Source: a virus (taxonomy: Duplodnaviria > Caudoviricetes). Taken from it: 60,090 bases of DNA. Below the pieces are notes generated by a model. The model was not told the origin of the DNA. It saw only the letters and a list, made by a program, of their open reading frames with translations, and did not search any database. The stretch lies in IMG/VR virus record IMGVR_UViG_3300002053_000022, positions 1-60,090 of that record; one strand, written 5' to 3'. The translations under genes were made by a program, and so were the position numbers. Every line of letters begins with the position of its first letter. Positions within the stretch are counted from its first letter, which is position 1. This document shows, piece by piece, positions 1-9,397 of the stretch.

Positions 1-1
1 A

Positions 2-1447
2 CCAAGAGTTATTAAACAAGCTACAACAATAGCTGGTTCTTCAACAACACAAATAAGAACAGATTTAACAGAAGCATCAAACTTTTGGAACGGACACATA
101 GTTAAAATATTTGGAGTTTCTGGAACAATAAGTAGAATTATTAATTCATATTCACAAACGAATGGAGCTTTGAATGTAGATACAATGCCTTATGCACCTG
201 GCACTGGCATTATTGTTCAAATTATAGATCAAAGAGCAGGATTGTTTGATGGTGCAATTACAGCTAATAAAATAGCTTCAAGTGCAATTACATCAGCCAA
301 ATTTGGTGCTGGAGCTGTCAATAATAATGTATTGGCTGACGGAGCTATTTCTGTTACAAAATTACAAACAGCTACTATAACAGCAGAAAAGATAGCTCCA
401 AGTGCAATAGGAGCTTCTCAAATTGCCACAGATGCTATAACAAGTTCGGAATTAGCTACAAGTGCAGTAAATGAAATAAGAGATGCTATATTAAATGATG
501 CGACTAAATTTAATGGAGCTGACATAGGATTAATTAAAGCTAAAACAGACAACTTACCAACAGATCCAACAAGCGAAACAAATGCAACAACTAACAAGAA
601 TGAAATAATTACAGAAATAGATGCCAACGAAACAAAATTGGATACAATTCAAGCTGATTTGGACAATCCAGACCAATATAAAGCAGATGTTAGTTCTTTG
701 GCTTTAGAAACAACAGCACAAGCGATAAAAGCTGAAACGGACAAGAAACATATAGTAATGGAACCATTGACATTATTTACTCCAATCACAAATTATAATG
801 CAATAGCTTCTTTAGTTGGTGCTGGTTTTCTTCTATTAAAAGCCAAAGACGAAAAAGGATATGTTGTTGTTAGTGGAGATTGGAATAATGTTGGAGTAAT
901 TGATATTTATAGACATAGAAATGGAGTTGAAACGGCTGTTGTGTCTGGTGCGACTCCAATTGCTTTCGGGTCTGTCTTAGCTTATAACTATACAACTTTT
1001 GAAACTGATTTTCAAGTTAATGACCAAATAAGTATTCAATGGAGCGGTTTTAATCTATTAATAGATGGAGTGTTATATGATAATTTAGAACCAGTGTTGA
1101 GCAGAGCACTATTAGTGGATGATGCCACTTATGATGATGTGCAATTAATTAAAGCTGAAACGGATAAGATACAAACAATAGATGATAATGTTGATTCTGT
1201 GATTTCTACATTATCTACAATGGCAACAAACTTGAGCAGAGTTTTAGGACTAATGCACGAAAATGTTGTATCGGAAGACACATTCGATCTTACTGGAGCA
1301 CATCAAGGATTTACATTATATTGTTATAACTCGAAAACAAATGCTCAAACACACGACAAAGTTACAGGATTATTAAATACTTATACAGCAACCGTCACTT
1401 ATGATATTAATAACAATCCAATTAAGTTTGAAATGGTGAAGAATTAA
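2..1447 (+). CDS. Virion structural/fibre-like protein, 5'-truncated by window edge
   Basis: Frame is open from base 2, upstream of the listed TTG. It has AITxxKIA-type repeats and recurring IKA(K/E)TD coiled repeats typical of phage fibre proteins. Confidence 0.55.
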   Translation, partial: PRVIKQATTIAGSSTTQIRTDLTEASNFWNGHIVKIFGVSGTISRIINSYSQTNGALNVDTMPYAPGTGIIVQIIDQRAGLFDGAITANKIASSAITSAKFGAGAVNNNVLADGAISVTKLQTATITAEKIAPSAIGASQIATDAITSSELATSAVNEIRDAILNDATKFNGADIGLIKAKTDNLPTDPTSETNATTNKNEIITEIDANETKLDTIQADLDNPDQYKADVSSLALETTAQAIKAETDKKHIVMEPLTLFTPITNYNAIASLVGAGFLLLKAKDEKGYVVVSGDWNNVGVIDIYRHRNGVETAVVSGATPIAFGSVLAYNYTTFETDFQVNDQISIQWSGFNLLIDGVLYDNLEPVLSRALLVDDATYDDVQLIKAETDKIQTIDDNVDSVISTLSTMATNLSRVLGLMHENVVSEDTFDLTGAHQGFTLYCYNSKTNAQTHDKVTGLLNTYTATVTYDINNNPIKFEMVKN

Positions 1448-1629
1448 TGGTAGATCACAGAACAGTTGGGAGAGGGAGAGTAGGGCATTATTTACCAGTT
1501 GATGATGTTACTATAATTAGAAATGAATTCGTTCCTACAATAATTGGAACTATCGTTGATGATGATGTATTAACTGGAACACTTACAGATGAAATAACAT
1601 TAATAGGGACATTAACTTGTCCTCCTTAA
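1447..1629 (+). CDS. Small hypothetical protein
   Basis: Coupled TAATG overlap with upstream gene; internal IGTL repeats. Confidence 0.5.
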   Translation: MVDHRTVGRGRVGHYLPVDDVTIIRNEFVPTIIGTIVDDDVLTGTLTDEITLIGTLTCPP

Positions 1630-1639
1630 AGGTGATATT

Positions 1640-2005
1640 ATGGGAAATAATGAATGGGAAATGTTTAAAGGAGATAATAAAGACCCTAAAGTGGTTGTTA
1701 CTCGAAGTAGTGATGGAGCAACTGTAGATATTACAAATGCTCAAGTTGTTTTTACTGTAAAGGAAAATGCTACATCTTCAGCAACAATCATTCAAAAGAA
1801 AAATCTTTTAGCTGGTGGAGATGCCACTCAAATAGAGATGACAAACCCAACAAGTGGAGAATGTAAAGTACATATTTTACCAGCTGACACATCAAGTATA
1901 AGAGCAAGCAAATATATTTATGATGTACAAGTAGTTTTGTCTCCTTATGGAACACAAACAATAATGAAGGATAACCTTATTATTAAACAAGATGTGACTA
2001 ACTAA
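1640..2005 (+). CDS. BppU-N/Ig-like virion protein
   Basis: GD...VDITNAQVVFTVK...G...ILPADT...YIYDVQV pattern; GGTGAT RBS at 1631. Confidence 0.6.
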   Translation: MGNNEWEMFKGDNKDPKVVVTRSSDGATVDITNAQVVFTVKENATSSATIIQKKNLLAGGDATQIEMTNPTSGECKVHILPADTSSIRASKYIYDVQVVLSPYGTQTIMKDNLIIKQDVTN

Positions 2006-2619
2006 TGTTAATTGGTTTAGTTGGATTAAAAAGAAGTGGTAAAGACACCACTGCCGATTATTTAACAAAACATTATGATTTTGCTAAATACTCACTCGCA
2101 GATCCAATGAAGAAAGCATGTAAAGAGATTTTCTTATTTTCTGATGAGCAACTTTGGGGAAATGATAAAGAAAGAATTGATCATAGGTATGGTTGCTCTG
2201 CAAGAAGAATTCTGCAAATATTTGGAACGGAATTGTTCCAATATAATATATATCATCATATACCAGAATTTAAAATCCCTTCGAGAAAATTGTGGATTTA
2301 TAGATTTGAACAATGGTATCACAACCTTATGAGTGATTACGCAGCAGATTATGAAATGACTGGAAAATATATCGTTCCTAATGTTGTAATTGCTGATGTA
2401 AGATTTGAACATGAGGCAGAAGATATAAGAAAATTGGATGGAATAATAGTGAGAGTTGTGAGGTATCCGTTACCAGATAATAGTGATCAGCATGCGAGTG
2501 AAACGGAATTATTAGAAATAGAAGAAGATTATACTCTTTATGGAATGGATAATATACCGACATTGTATAAAGAGATAGACAAATTAATGGAAAAATTAAA
2601 TATAATAAAGGTGGATTAA
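2005..2619 (+). CDS. Deoxynucleoside monophosphate kinase (T4 gp1-like)
   Basis: IGLVGLKRSGKDT P-loop, RRILQIFGTE, IADVRFEHE and HASE motifs. Confidence 0.9.
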   Translation: MLIGLVGLKRSGKDTTADYLTKHYDFAKYSLADPMKKACKEIFLFSDEQLWGNDKERIDHRYGCSARRILQIFGTELFQYNIYHHIPEFKIPSRKLWIYRFEQWYHNLMSDYAADYEMTGKYIVPNVVIADVRFEHEAEDIRKLDGIIVRVVRYPLPDNSDQHASETELLEIEEDYTLYGMDNIPTLYKEIDKLMEKLNIIKVD

Positions 2620-3435
2620 ATGGGATATATATACAGATTTGTGACACCACAGGCAATATTGATAGCAGCAAGAGAAAAAGCCATTCTCGAAAAAAGGGAA
2701 CAAGGATATAGAGGGCCAGTTGGAGCAATTCAATTAGGTACTAAAGAAACTATAAAAGCATTTTTGGAATACTTTGATAAGTTAGGAGAAGAAGGTTGGC
2801 TTTATTGTGGAACTGCAGAATACCCAGACCTTCCTTATGGTGGATGTTATGTCTTTAGAAAAGAAAAGCAACCAAAAGCTAAAATTTCTAAAATAGGAAG
2901 AATAACAAAAGTTGAAAGAATAGATGAACTTCCAGTAACAGAAACTTCTACCATTACAGAAGACGAAGATATTTATGCAGAAGACGAAATATTAGATTTG
3001 ACTAGCGAAGAGCCAGAAGAATATAAACCAGAAGAATTAATAAATGCTCCAGCAGATGTCGTTAATGATATTTTGTTTAAAAGACAACTAATTGCTTCCG
3101 AACAAGATCCAGATTTAGAAAGTGATATTATAGATGAACTAGAAACTGCACAAAGTTCAAGTAGCGAAACTGTTGAACAACCAGAACAAGATTTAAAAAT
3201 CATAAGACACCAATTGTATGAATTGTTTAAAGTTGAAAATCAAGGCAAGAAAGCAATTTGGTTAGGAAAAGAAACAAAACAATTTCTTGATTGGTTAGAT
3301 GAAAAAAAATCTAAATACGATCCTTTTTACCAAGCTTATATAGAAGAAACCGACAAACTTCCTATTCACAGAGAAAAGGAAACTGCAGAATATAAACAAT
3401 GGTTAAAAGATAAGCAAGCTGGTAACAATGCCTAA
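2620..3435 (+). CDS. Hypothetical protein (DUF4177-like N-terminus, acidic linker, two C-terminal repeats)
   Basis: LGEEGW...YVFRK N-domain; KKAIWLGKETKQFLDWL and KLPIHREKETAEYKQWL repeats. Confidence 0.5.
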   Translation: MGYIYRFVTPQAILIAAREKAILEKREQGYRGPVGAIQLGTKETIKAFLEYFDKLGEEGWLYCGTAEYPDLPYGGCYVFRKEKQPKAKISKIGRITKVERIDELPVTETSTITEDEDIYAEDEILDLTSEEPEEYKPEELINAPADVVNDILFKRQLIASEQDPDLESDIIDELETAQSSSSETVEQPEQDLKIIRHQLYELFKVENQGKKAIWLGKETKQFLDWLDEKKSKYDPFYQAYIEETDKLPIHREKETAEYKQWLKDKQAGNNA

Positions 3436-4411
3436 TCTTGAAAGAATTTATAGACCTACAAAATTAAGTCAATTCAAAGGAAACGAAAACATCATCAAGG
3501 ATATAGAAGCTTTTTTTAAACTTGGTGATATTCCTCATCTCATGTTTGTTGGGCCTCCAGGGTGTGGTAAAACAACACTAGCCATGATAATAGCTAGTCA
3601 TTTCTTAGGAAGACAAATAAGAATTAATACTCGTGATGGAGATCCAGATTATACTATTTTAAACGCTTCAAGTGAGAGAGGAATCGATGTAGTAAGAGAT
3701 GTTATAACAGAAAGAGCACGAACAAAGCCTATTGATGTTCCTTTTAGATTTATTCAATTAGAAGAATTTGATTCATCAACAGATGATTTTCAACACGCTC
3801 TTAGACCAGTCATGGAAGAAAATGAAGACAGATGTAAATTTATAGTCTGTTTAAATCATATTGAAGGTGTGAAAGAACCAGCCATTATTTCAAGATGTGC
3901 AACATTTTTCTTTAAAAGACCTTCAACAAAAGACGCAGCAGATTTATTATTAGAAATAGCTGAAAAAGAAGGAGTTAAATTTGAAGATCCTCAATTAGCT
4001 TTAGATATTGCAGAATATTATAAAGGAGATTTAAGACATATTCTAAATGATTGTTTAGAAGCACTAAGAGGATACGATGAAGTTATAACAAAAGAGCATT
4101 TGTATAAAGTATATGAAATGACTGGGAGAAGTGTTGCTGAAAGAGTTTTTAAATCCAGCGATCCTCGAAGAAAGTTTTTTGAAATATATAGAACAGAGGC
4201 TTTTGATGTTAGAAATTTCTTAGAAGAATATTATGATTTGTTAAATGATCATAGGTTAGCAAGAGCTTTTGCTAAAATTGATGCTCGTCTTAGAATGTAT
4301 GCAAGTGAAATAGTACAAATTAATTATTTATTTACTATGATAGAACAACACATAAAAGCAAGCACGGTGATAAAAAATGGAACTAGTCCTAAACCTAAAA
4401 GACCTTTCTAA
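3428..4411 (+). CDS. rfcS: Replication factor C small subunit (clamp loader)
   Basis: YRP, GPPGCGKTT, LNASSERGIDVVR, ALR..ME, ISRC and GDLR motifs. Confidence 0.92.
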   Translation: MPNLERIYRPTKLSQFKGNENIIKDIEAFFKLGDIPHLMFVGPPGCGKTTLAMIIASHFLGRQIRINTRDGDPDYTILNASSERGIDVVRDVITERARTKPIDVPFRFIQLEEFDSSTDDFQHALRPVMEENEDRCKFIVCLNHIEGVKEPAIISRCATFFFKRPSTKDAADLLLEIAEKEGVKFEDPQLALDIAEYYKGDLRHILNDCLEALRGYDEVITKEHLYKVYEMTGRSVAERVFKSSDPRRKFFEIYRTEAFDVRNFLEEYYDLLNDHRLARAFAKIDARLRMYASEIVQINYLFTMIEQHIKASTVIKNGTSPKPKRPF

Positions 4412-4676
4412 TAGATTAAAAATAAAAAGAGTATCTAAAGCTCTTTGTGATTTAATGAGGTTAGAAATTATAAGTTTAATATCACAAGGAGATGAAAACT
4501 TAAATTATGGAGAGATTTCTAAGAAAGTTGGTAGAAGCCCAACATCAATAACAAACCACATGAATTGGATAAGAAATAGTGGTTTGATTGAAGATTTAGT
4601 TGTTGAGGGAAAAAGAGGCAAGATGCAAAAAATTCCCAAATTGAAGCTTAAAAAGATAACAATAAATCTGGTTTAA
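4377..4676 (+). CDS. ArsR-like winged-helix DNA-binding protein
   Basis: KALCDLMRLEII...EISKKVGRSPTSITNHMNWIRNSGLI. Confidence 0.8.
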   Translation: MELVLNLKDLSNRLKIKRVSKALCDLMRLEIISLISQGDENLNYGEISKKVGRSPTSITNHMNWIRNSGLIEDLVVEGKRGKMQKIPKLKLKKITINLV

Positions 4677-5486
4677 ATGACAGTACGAGTAGCATCTCCA
4701 GTTCTTTTACCTTTTGGAAAGGATATTAATATAATAAAAGAATTGTCGGAAAAGAAAATTTACATTTGTCCTCAGTATAAGTTTTGGGGGAAGAATTTGG
4801 AAATTCTTATTAATAATACTCCAACTCAATACACAATAAGTTATATGAAAGAAAAGATAAATGATGATTTTTCTGGAATAGTGAAGCCAAGTCAATACTT
4901 TAATTTTTTGACAAAAACATTTAACCCATCAACAGCAATTTTCTTAGACAAATTATATCAAATTGAATTGGATAAAAATCATAAAGACATACTCGTTTTG
5001 TTATTAACAAAAGAATTTGAAAAATACATGGATGATGTTAATAAATGTAAGAAAATTCATTTTGGAATTGAAGAATTAAATTATATTCTTGATCATCCTA
5101 AATCTTATTTTAATATACCAAAAATAAAAAGAATGGATATTAATTTTATAAAACAAGATATAGGAAACAGTAAATTTGCTACTATATATGATTCTATACC
5201 TCGAGAATCTCGAATGTATGATGTATATTATTTAGGATTTGTAAGTCTGTTCTCTGGAGTAAAAGAAACTCTGACTTCATGGAGAGATGTGTTAATAAAA
5301 ACTGCGGACGAAAATTTAATACACGACGGTTTTCTAATTTTAAGAAGTTTTCCCAGAGAATATGAAACAAAAATAAAACACATTCTGGCTAAGAAAAAAT
5401 TCACAAAGATTTATAAAGAAAATGTTTGGAGAAAGCCAGATTTAACAGTCAAAAAAATATCAAAAGGAATAAAAAGATATTTTTAA
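4677..5486 (+). CDS. Hypothetical protein; possibly a degenerate clamp-loader large subunit
   Basis: Lies next to rfcS; PIP-box-like C-terminus KGIKRYF; no Walker A visible. Confidence 0.3.
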   Translation: MTVRVASPVLLPFGKDINIIKELSEKKIYICPQYKFWGKNLEILINNTPTQYTISYMKEKINDDFSGIVKPSQYFNFLTKTFNPSTAIFLDKLYQIELDKNHKDILVLLLTKEFEKYMDDVNKCKKIHFGIEELNYILDHPKSYFNIPKIKRMDINFIKQDIGNSKFATIYDSIPRESRMYDVYYLGFVSLFSGVKETLTSWRDVLIKTADENLIHDGFLILRSFPREYETKIKHILAKKKFTKIYKENVWRKPDLTVKKISKGIKRYF

Positions 5487-5498
5487 AAAGGGTTTATT

Positions 5499-6827
5499 AT
5501 GAACGCACATATAAAAAAATTACTAGAAAATTTAGCTAAATCTTTTGAAAAGGATTTGGAGAAAGTAGAGGCATTATTTGAATATGCCAAAAGAAAAATT
5601 AGCGAAGAGACAAACAAGAAAGAACCTGCATTAAGTGTTTCGGCTTTACATGCAGTTAGAGCACACTTAACAACAGAACAAGGAAAAGTAGGAAAAGAAA
5701 TTAATGTAGTCTTTTTTGGTAAAGATCCAAGCAGAGATACTAACGCCTCTTCAATTAAAGAAATTTTAGCTGACTTTTGGAATAATCCAGAATCACGAAA
5801 AAAGGTAATTGAAGAAGGAAAAATAATTGTTTTAAAAGTTGCTGATGGAGATCCAAAGAAAGATTTTCACAAAATGTATAAACCACTCGTCACACTTGAC
5901 GAATATGTGGAAGTTGATGGAGAAGTTGTTCCAACTAAAGGAAAACTCTGGGATCCAACAACAAATGAAGATCCTCTTCCAAGAGACAATAGAACACATT
6001 TAGACGAAGAAGGAGAAACAACAAATTGGAACTACACACATCCTTTAAAACCAAATTGGAAAACAACTCTGTTCGGAATAGGATATTTTGAAGACACACC
6101 AAATATTATTAAGAAAATTCAAGTAAGATTTTATGGGGATATTGGAGACCCACAATCTGGGCAATTTGTTTGTAAGCATATCTCATTCTTTAAGTCTTAT
6201 AAATTAAAGGTTCAAGTGGCTGAAAACATGAGCACAGAAGAATGTTATGTTTTAACAGCAAAATCAAAACCAGTATTAGCAGAAGAACCTGGCGCAGACT
6301 TAGATGTTGTAACTCTTATGGATGGAATTAATACAAATTGGATGATTCAACAAGAAGCCAAAGGAAATGAACCTAAACCATTAATTCCAATTATTGAATT
6401 ATCTGATTTAAAAGAATGGCATGTTGAAAGAAGAGCAAGAAAAGACGAAAACGGAGAAATTCTTAAAGCTCCAAGTGGATGGGATTTAACAAATTGGGAT
6501 GAATATTGTTTAATAGATCAAGTCACATATTTAGGAAAACGACAATTTACTGAAACATACGCTCCAGCAGTAATCCAACATGATTCAACTGGAAGAGAAA
6601 CAATGTTTGTTAATTATGATGACAATTTAGATTTAGATATTCCAATTCCATCAGATATTTTAATCTGCGTAAAAACTGGAAGAGGAACGACTAAATATGA
6701 TAGAGAAGCGAAAGCTAAAATCGAAAACTCTGACGATCCAGATTTAAGTATTAGCATTTGTGGTACTAAGACATTAATGAGTTACGAAAAGATTGAGTTT
6801 CCAAAAGAATTAACTGGAGATTTGTAA
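5499..6827 (+). CDS. Putative ssDNA-binding (RPA/OB-fold-like) protein
   Basis: Helical N-terminus resembles archaeal RPA N-domain; beta-rich body; sits beside a RecA-like ATPase. Confidence 0.4.
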   Translation: MNAHIKKLLENLAKSFEKDLEKVEALFEYAKRKISEETNKKEPALSVSALHAVRAHLTTEQGKVGKEINVVFFGKDPSRDTNASSIKEILADFWNNPESRKKVIEEGKIIVLKVADGDPKKDFHKMYKPLVTLDEYVEVDGEVVPTKGKLWDPTTNEDPLPRDNRTHLDEEGETTNWNYTHPLKPNWKTTLFGIGYFEDTPNIIKKIQVRFYGDIGDPQSGQFVCKHISFFKSYKLKVQVAENMSTEECYVLTAKSKPVLAEEPGADLDVVTLMDGINTNWMIQQEAKGNEPKPLIPIIELSDLKEWHVERRARKDENGEILKAPSGWDLTNWDEYCLIDQVTYLGKRQFTETYAPAVIQHDSTGRETMFVNYDDNLDLDIPIPSDILICVKTGRGTTKYDREAKAKIENSDDPDLSISICGTKTLMSYEKIEFPKELTGDL

Positions 6828-6852
6828 TCTCCTTTTATTTTAGGTGATTTAA

Positions 6853-7839
6853 ATGTTTAAACAATTTCAAAAACCAGTAGAAGAAGCCGTTGCTAACGAC
6901 ACTATTAAAGAAACAATAAACTATCGACCACTATCCAAAGCAAAGTTCGGCTTAAATATCGCTGTTTTAGGACAAGATATGTTAGGAAAAAGTTTATTAT
7001 CTTATATGTTTGGATATTTTAACAGCAAATATATTTCAAAATTAGATCCAGAAGAATTTCCTAATACTATTGAACTCCTAAAAGGAGGATATATGCCAGA
7101 AGTAGAAAGGATAGTTGTCTTAGATTTGGATAACTCATTTGAAAAAAATTCAAGTAGAGGAACTTTCTACGACTTAACTCATCCTTTAAGAGAGATAACT
7201 TATATTGACACTATTTATATTCCAAAAAGACAAAGCAAAGCTAAGGAAGGGACAGTTGTTAATGTAAGATCAGAAGAACTCTTCAAGGCAAAGAGAAAAG
7301 TTGAAGACGCTATTGATGTGGCAATGGAAGATTATGGAGAAGGAACATTATTCATAATCGATTCAATGTCTTCTTATTATGAATGTTTGAATGACATGTT
7401 CTCAATTGTTTATGAGGCAGCTTTTGGTAAATCAGCATACTCGAAAGTAGATCAGCAAAACCAATATCAAATAAGAAACGCTTGGTGGGCTGAAACCATG
7501 AAGAAAAAGCGTAATTTTCCAGGTTGGCAAATAGATACAATTAAAGTGATTGAAAAACCAGACCACTGGAAAAAGAAAGGGCAATCTGATTTCAACTTCA
7601 AATGGGCAGAAGGATCTGGAAATAACCAATTTAATTTAGACCAAATCTATTGGATAAAAAGAGATAGTGATGGCTTAGCTTATTTTGATATAGTAAATGC
7701 ACGATACAAAAGTTTGATTGAAGCAGAAAATATGGGAATTTATTATCCTTTAAAGAAAAGAACTGCTCCATTTGTGTTCATTGAACAAATGGCACCTTAC
7801 TTAATAAGCGGACAAGTTAATGATGAAGAACTATGGTAG
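6853..7839 (+). CDS. RecA/Sak4-like P-loop ATPase (recombination)
   Basis: Walker A GQDMLGKS, Walker B FIIDSMS; GGTGAT RBS at 6843. Confidence 0.7.
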   Translation: MFKQFQKPVEEAVANDTIKETINYRPLSKAKFGLNIAVLGQDMLGKSLLSYMFGYFNSKYISKLDPEEFPNTIELLKGGYMPEVERIVVLDLDNSFEKNSSRGTFYDLTHPLREITYIDTIYIPKRQSKAKEGTVVNVRSEELFKAKRKVEDAIDVAMEDYGEGTLFIIDSMSSYYECLNDMFSIVYEAAFGKSAYSKVDQQNQYQIRNAWWAETMKKKRNFPGWQIDTIKVIEKPDHWKKKGQSDFNFKWAEGSGNNQFNLDQIYWIKRDSDGLAYFDIVNARYKSLIEAENMGIYYPLKKRTAPFVFIEQMAPYLISGQVNDEELW

Positions 7840-7985
7840 ATTGGGAAAAGGACTTAGTTACCAGAATAGATTTAACTATTGAACTTTTAGGTATAGAAGA
7901 CAAGGAAAGTGTTTTCGTAAATAGAAATGGAGTAATCCAAATAATACCAAGATTCTGTCGTTGTTGTGGTGAAAAAATATGGTAA
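7833..7985 (+). CDS. Small hypothetical protein (50 aa, not in ORF track)
   Basis: MVDWEKDL...FCRCCGEKIW fills the gap with overlaps at both ends. Confidence 0.5.
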   Translation: MVDWEKDLVTRIDLTIELLGIEDKESVFVNRNGVIQIIPRFCRCCGEKIW

Positions 7986-8890
7986 AATTCTATATTAAAG
8001 CAAAGGATTTAAAAAATTTAATTGATGGAGTTTCATGTAAAGGAACTCTTCAATTTAAATCAAAAGGTAAAACAGAAGCTCCACTTTTTGGAGCTTTTTT
8101 TATTGATGTAGATAAAGCAAATAATAAGATTAGCGTTCTAACTATTGATACTTTCTTCTCACAAATTAAACAATATGCCGAAGCAAATGCAAAGGTAGAA
8201 GAAGAAGGAGTTATCGAAGTTACAGATAAAAAATATTTCGATAAATTATTTTCCTCAATTGATTTAGAAAAACCAGTCTCAGTTGAATCTGATGGCAATG
8301 TTATAATTGTAGAAAATCAAGATGGAGATTGGTATAGACGAAGAATTGTTGGAGATAAAAACTTAGATGAAGTTAATGAGAAAATGAACCAATTGTTTGA
8401 TTGGATGAAATCACACGAACTAGTCGAAGTTATAGCAGAAGATGAATTAGGAAATGCTGTAAAAAGAAAAGTTTGGAAATTTACAGTTCCACAAGGTTCT
8501 GCTACATATCCTATGAGAATAAAAACAAATAAGAAAAATCTCCAAAAGTTTGTAGGAGATGCGATTAATTTAACAAAAGACAATGATACTATTATAATTT
8601 CTAAAGATGGAGAAATAACAATCCATAGTGGAAAGCCAAACTCAACTAATCAATCAAGACACAGATTAGAATATGAGAATATTGGAGAAGAAATAATAGA
8701 TTTTGCTGTAAAATTCTCGGCACTCCAAGCAATTGTTCCAAATCTTCAAGACGAAGTTATTCTTAATTTTAGAATGACTGGAGGAAAAACAATCGTCTTA
8801 AGAATAGAATCAATGAATAAAACATTTTATCAAATAATTTCAATAGGTTCTCAAGATAAAGACGGCGTATTGTACGATAACGAAGAGTGA
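7979..8890 (+). CDS. DNA sliding clamp (PCNA-like)
   Basis: MVKFYIKAKDLKNLIDGV N-terminus and FSALQAIVPNLQDEVILNF C-terminal pattern; lies between RFC and PolB. Confidence 0.7.
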   Translation: MVKFYIKAKDLKNLIDGVSCKGTLQFKSKGKTEAPLFGAFFIDVDKANNKISVLTIDTFFSQIKQYAEANAKVEEEGVIEVTDKKYFDKLFSSIDLEKPVSVESDGNVIIVENQDGDWYRRRIVGDKNLDEVNEKMNQLFDWMKSHELVEVIAEDELGNAVKRKVWKFTVPQGSATYPMRIKTNKKNLQKFVGDAINLTKDNDTIIISKDGEITIHSGKPNSTNQSRHRLEYENIGEEIIDFAVKFSALQAIVPNLQDEVILNFRMTGGKTIVLRIESMNKTFYQIISIGSQDKDGVLYDNEE

Positions 8891-9081
8891 TTTATATGTT
8901 AATGAAATTTGTACCTAAAAAGTGTCCAAATTGTGATGGCAAAGGTTTTATACCTTGGACAGAAGAAGGAGATATGGGGACTGGTGGTTCTTATAAAACA
9001 ACCATCCAAACCATGTGTCATTCTTGTTATGGTACTGGAATAGTTTATGAAATGGTGTATGAAGAATGGGACGGAAATTAA
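8887..9081 (+). CDS. Stand-alone DnaJ-type zinc finger protein
   Basis: CPNCDGKG...CHSCYGTG. Confidence 0.7.
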   Translation: MIYMLMKFVPKKCPNCDGKGFIPWTEEGDMGTGGSYKTTIQTMCHSCYGTGIVYEMVYEEWDGN

Positions 9082-9251
9082 GTGAAATATTTTTAGGAAA
9101 TGTGTTAATTGTTTTAGCTCTTATACCTATGGTTATATGCTTAAACAGTCTAACTGAAATGTTTCCTTATCCAATTTTTTGGACAATAGTTTCGATTTTG
9201 CTATTGTTAGCAATTTCTTACTTAACATACAAGTATGAGAATAAAAAATGA
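9066..9251 (+). CDS. Small two-TM membrane protein
   Basis: Two hydrophobic helices. Confidence 0.55.
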   Translation: MGRKLSEIFLGNVLIVLALIPMVICLNSLTEMFPYPIFWTIVSILLLLAISYLTYKYENKK

Positions 9252-9397
9252 AATGTCCTCGATGTAGTGAAGGAGAAATTAAAGGAGGCACTGGTGTTTT
9301 ATTTTGTCCAGCTTGCCACTCTATTTTTAGCACACAAATGGATTATTTGTATTCATATAAAGAGTATAGATGGGACGAGCAAGGAAACGAATTATGA
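9248..9397 (+). CDS. Small zinc-ribbon protein (49 aa, not in ORF track)
   Basis: MKCPRC...FCPACH; ATGA overlaps on both sides. Confidence 0.6.
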   Translation: MKCPRCSEGEIKGGTGVLFCPACHSIFSTQMDYLYSYKEYRWDEQGNEL

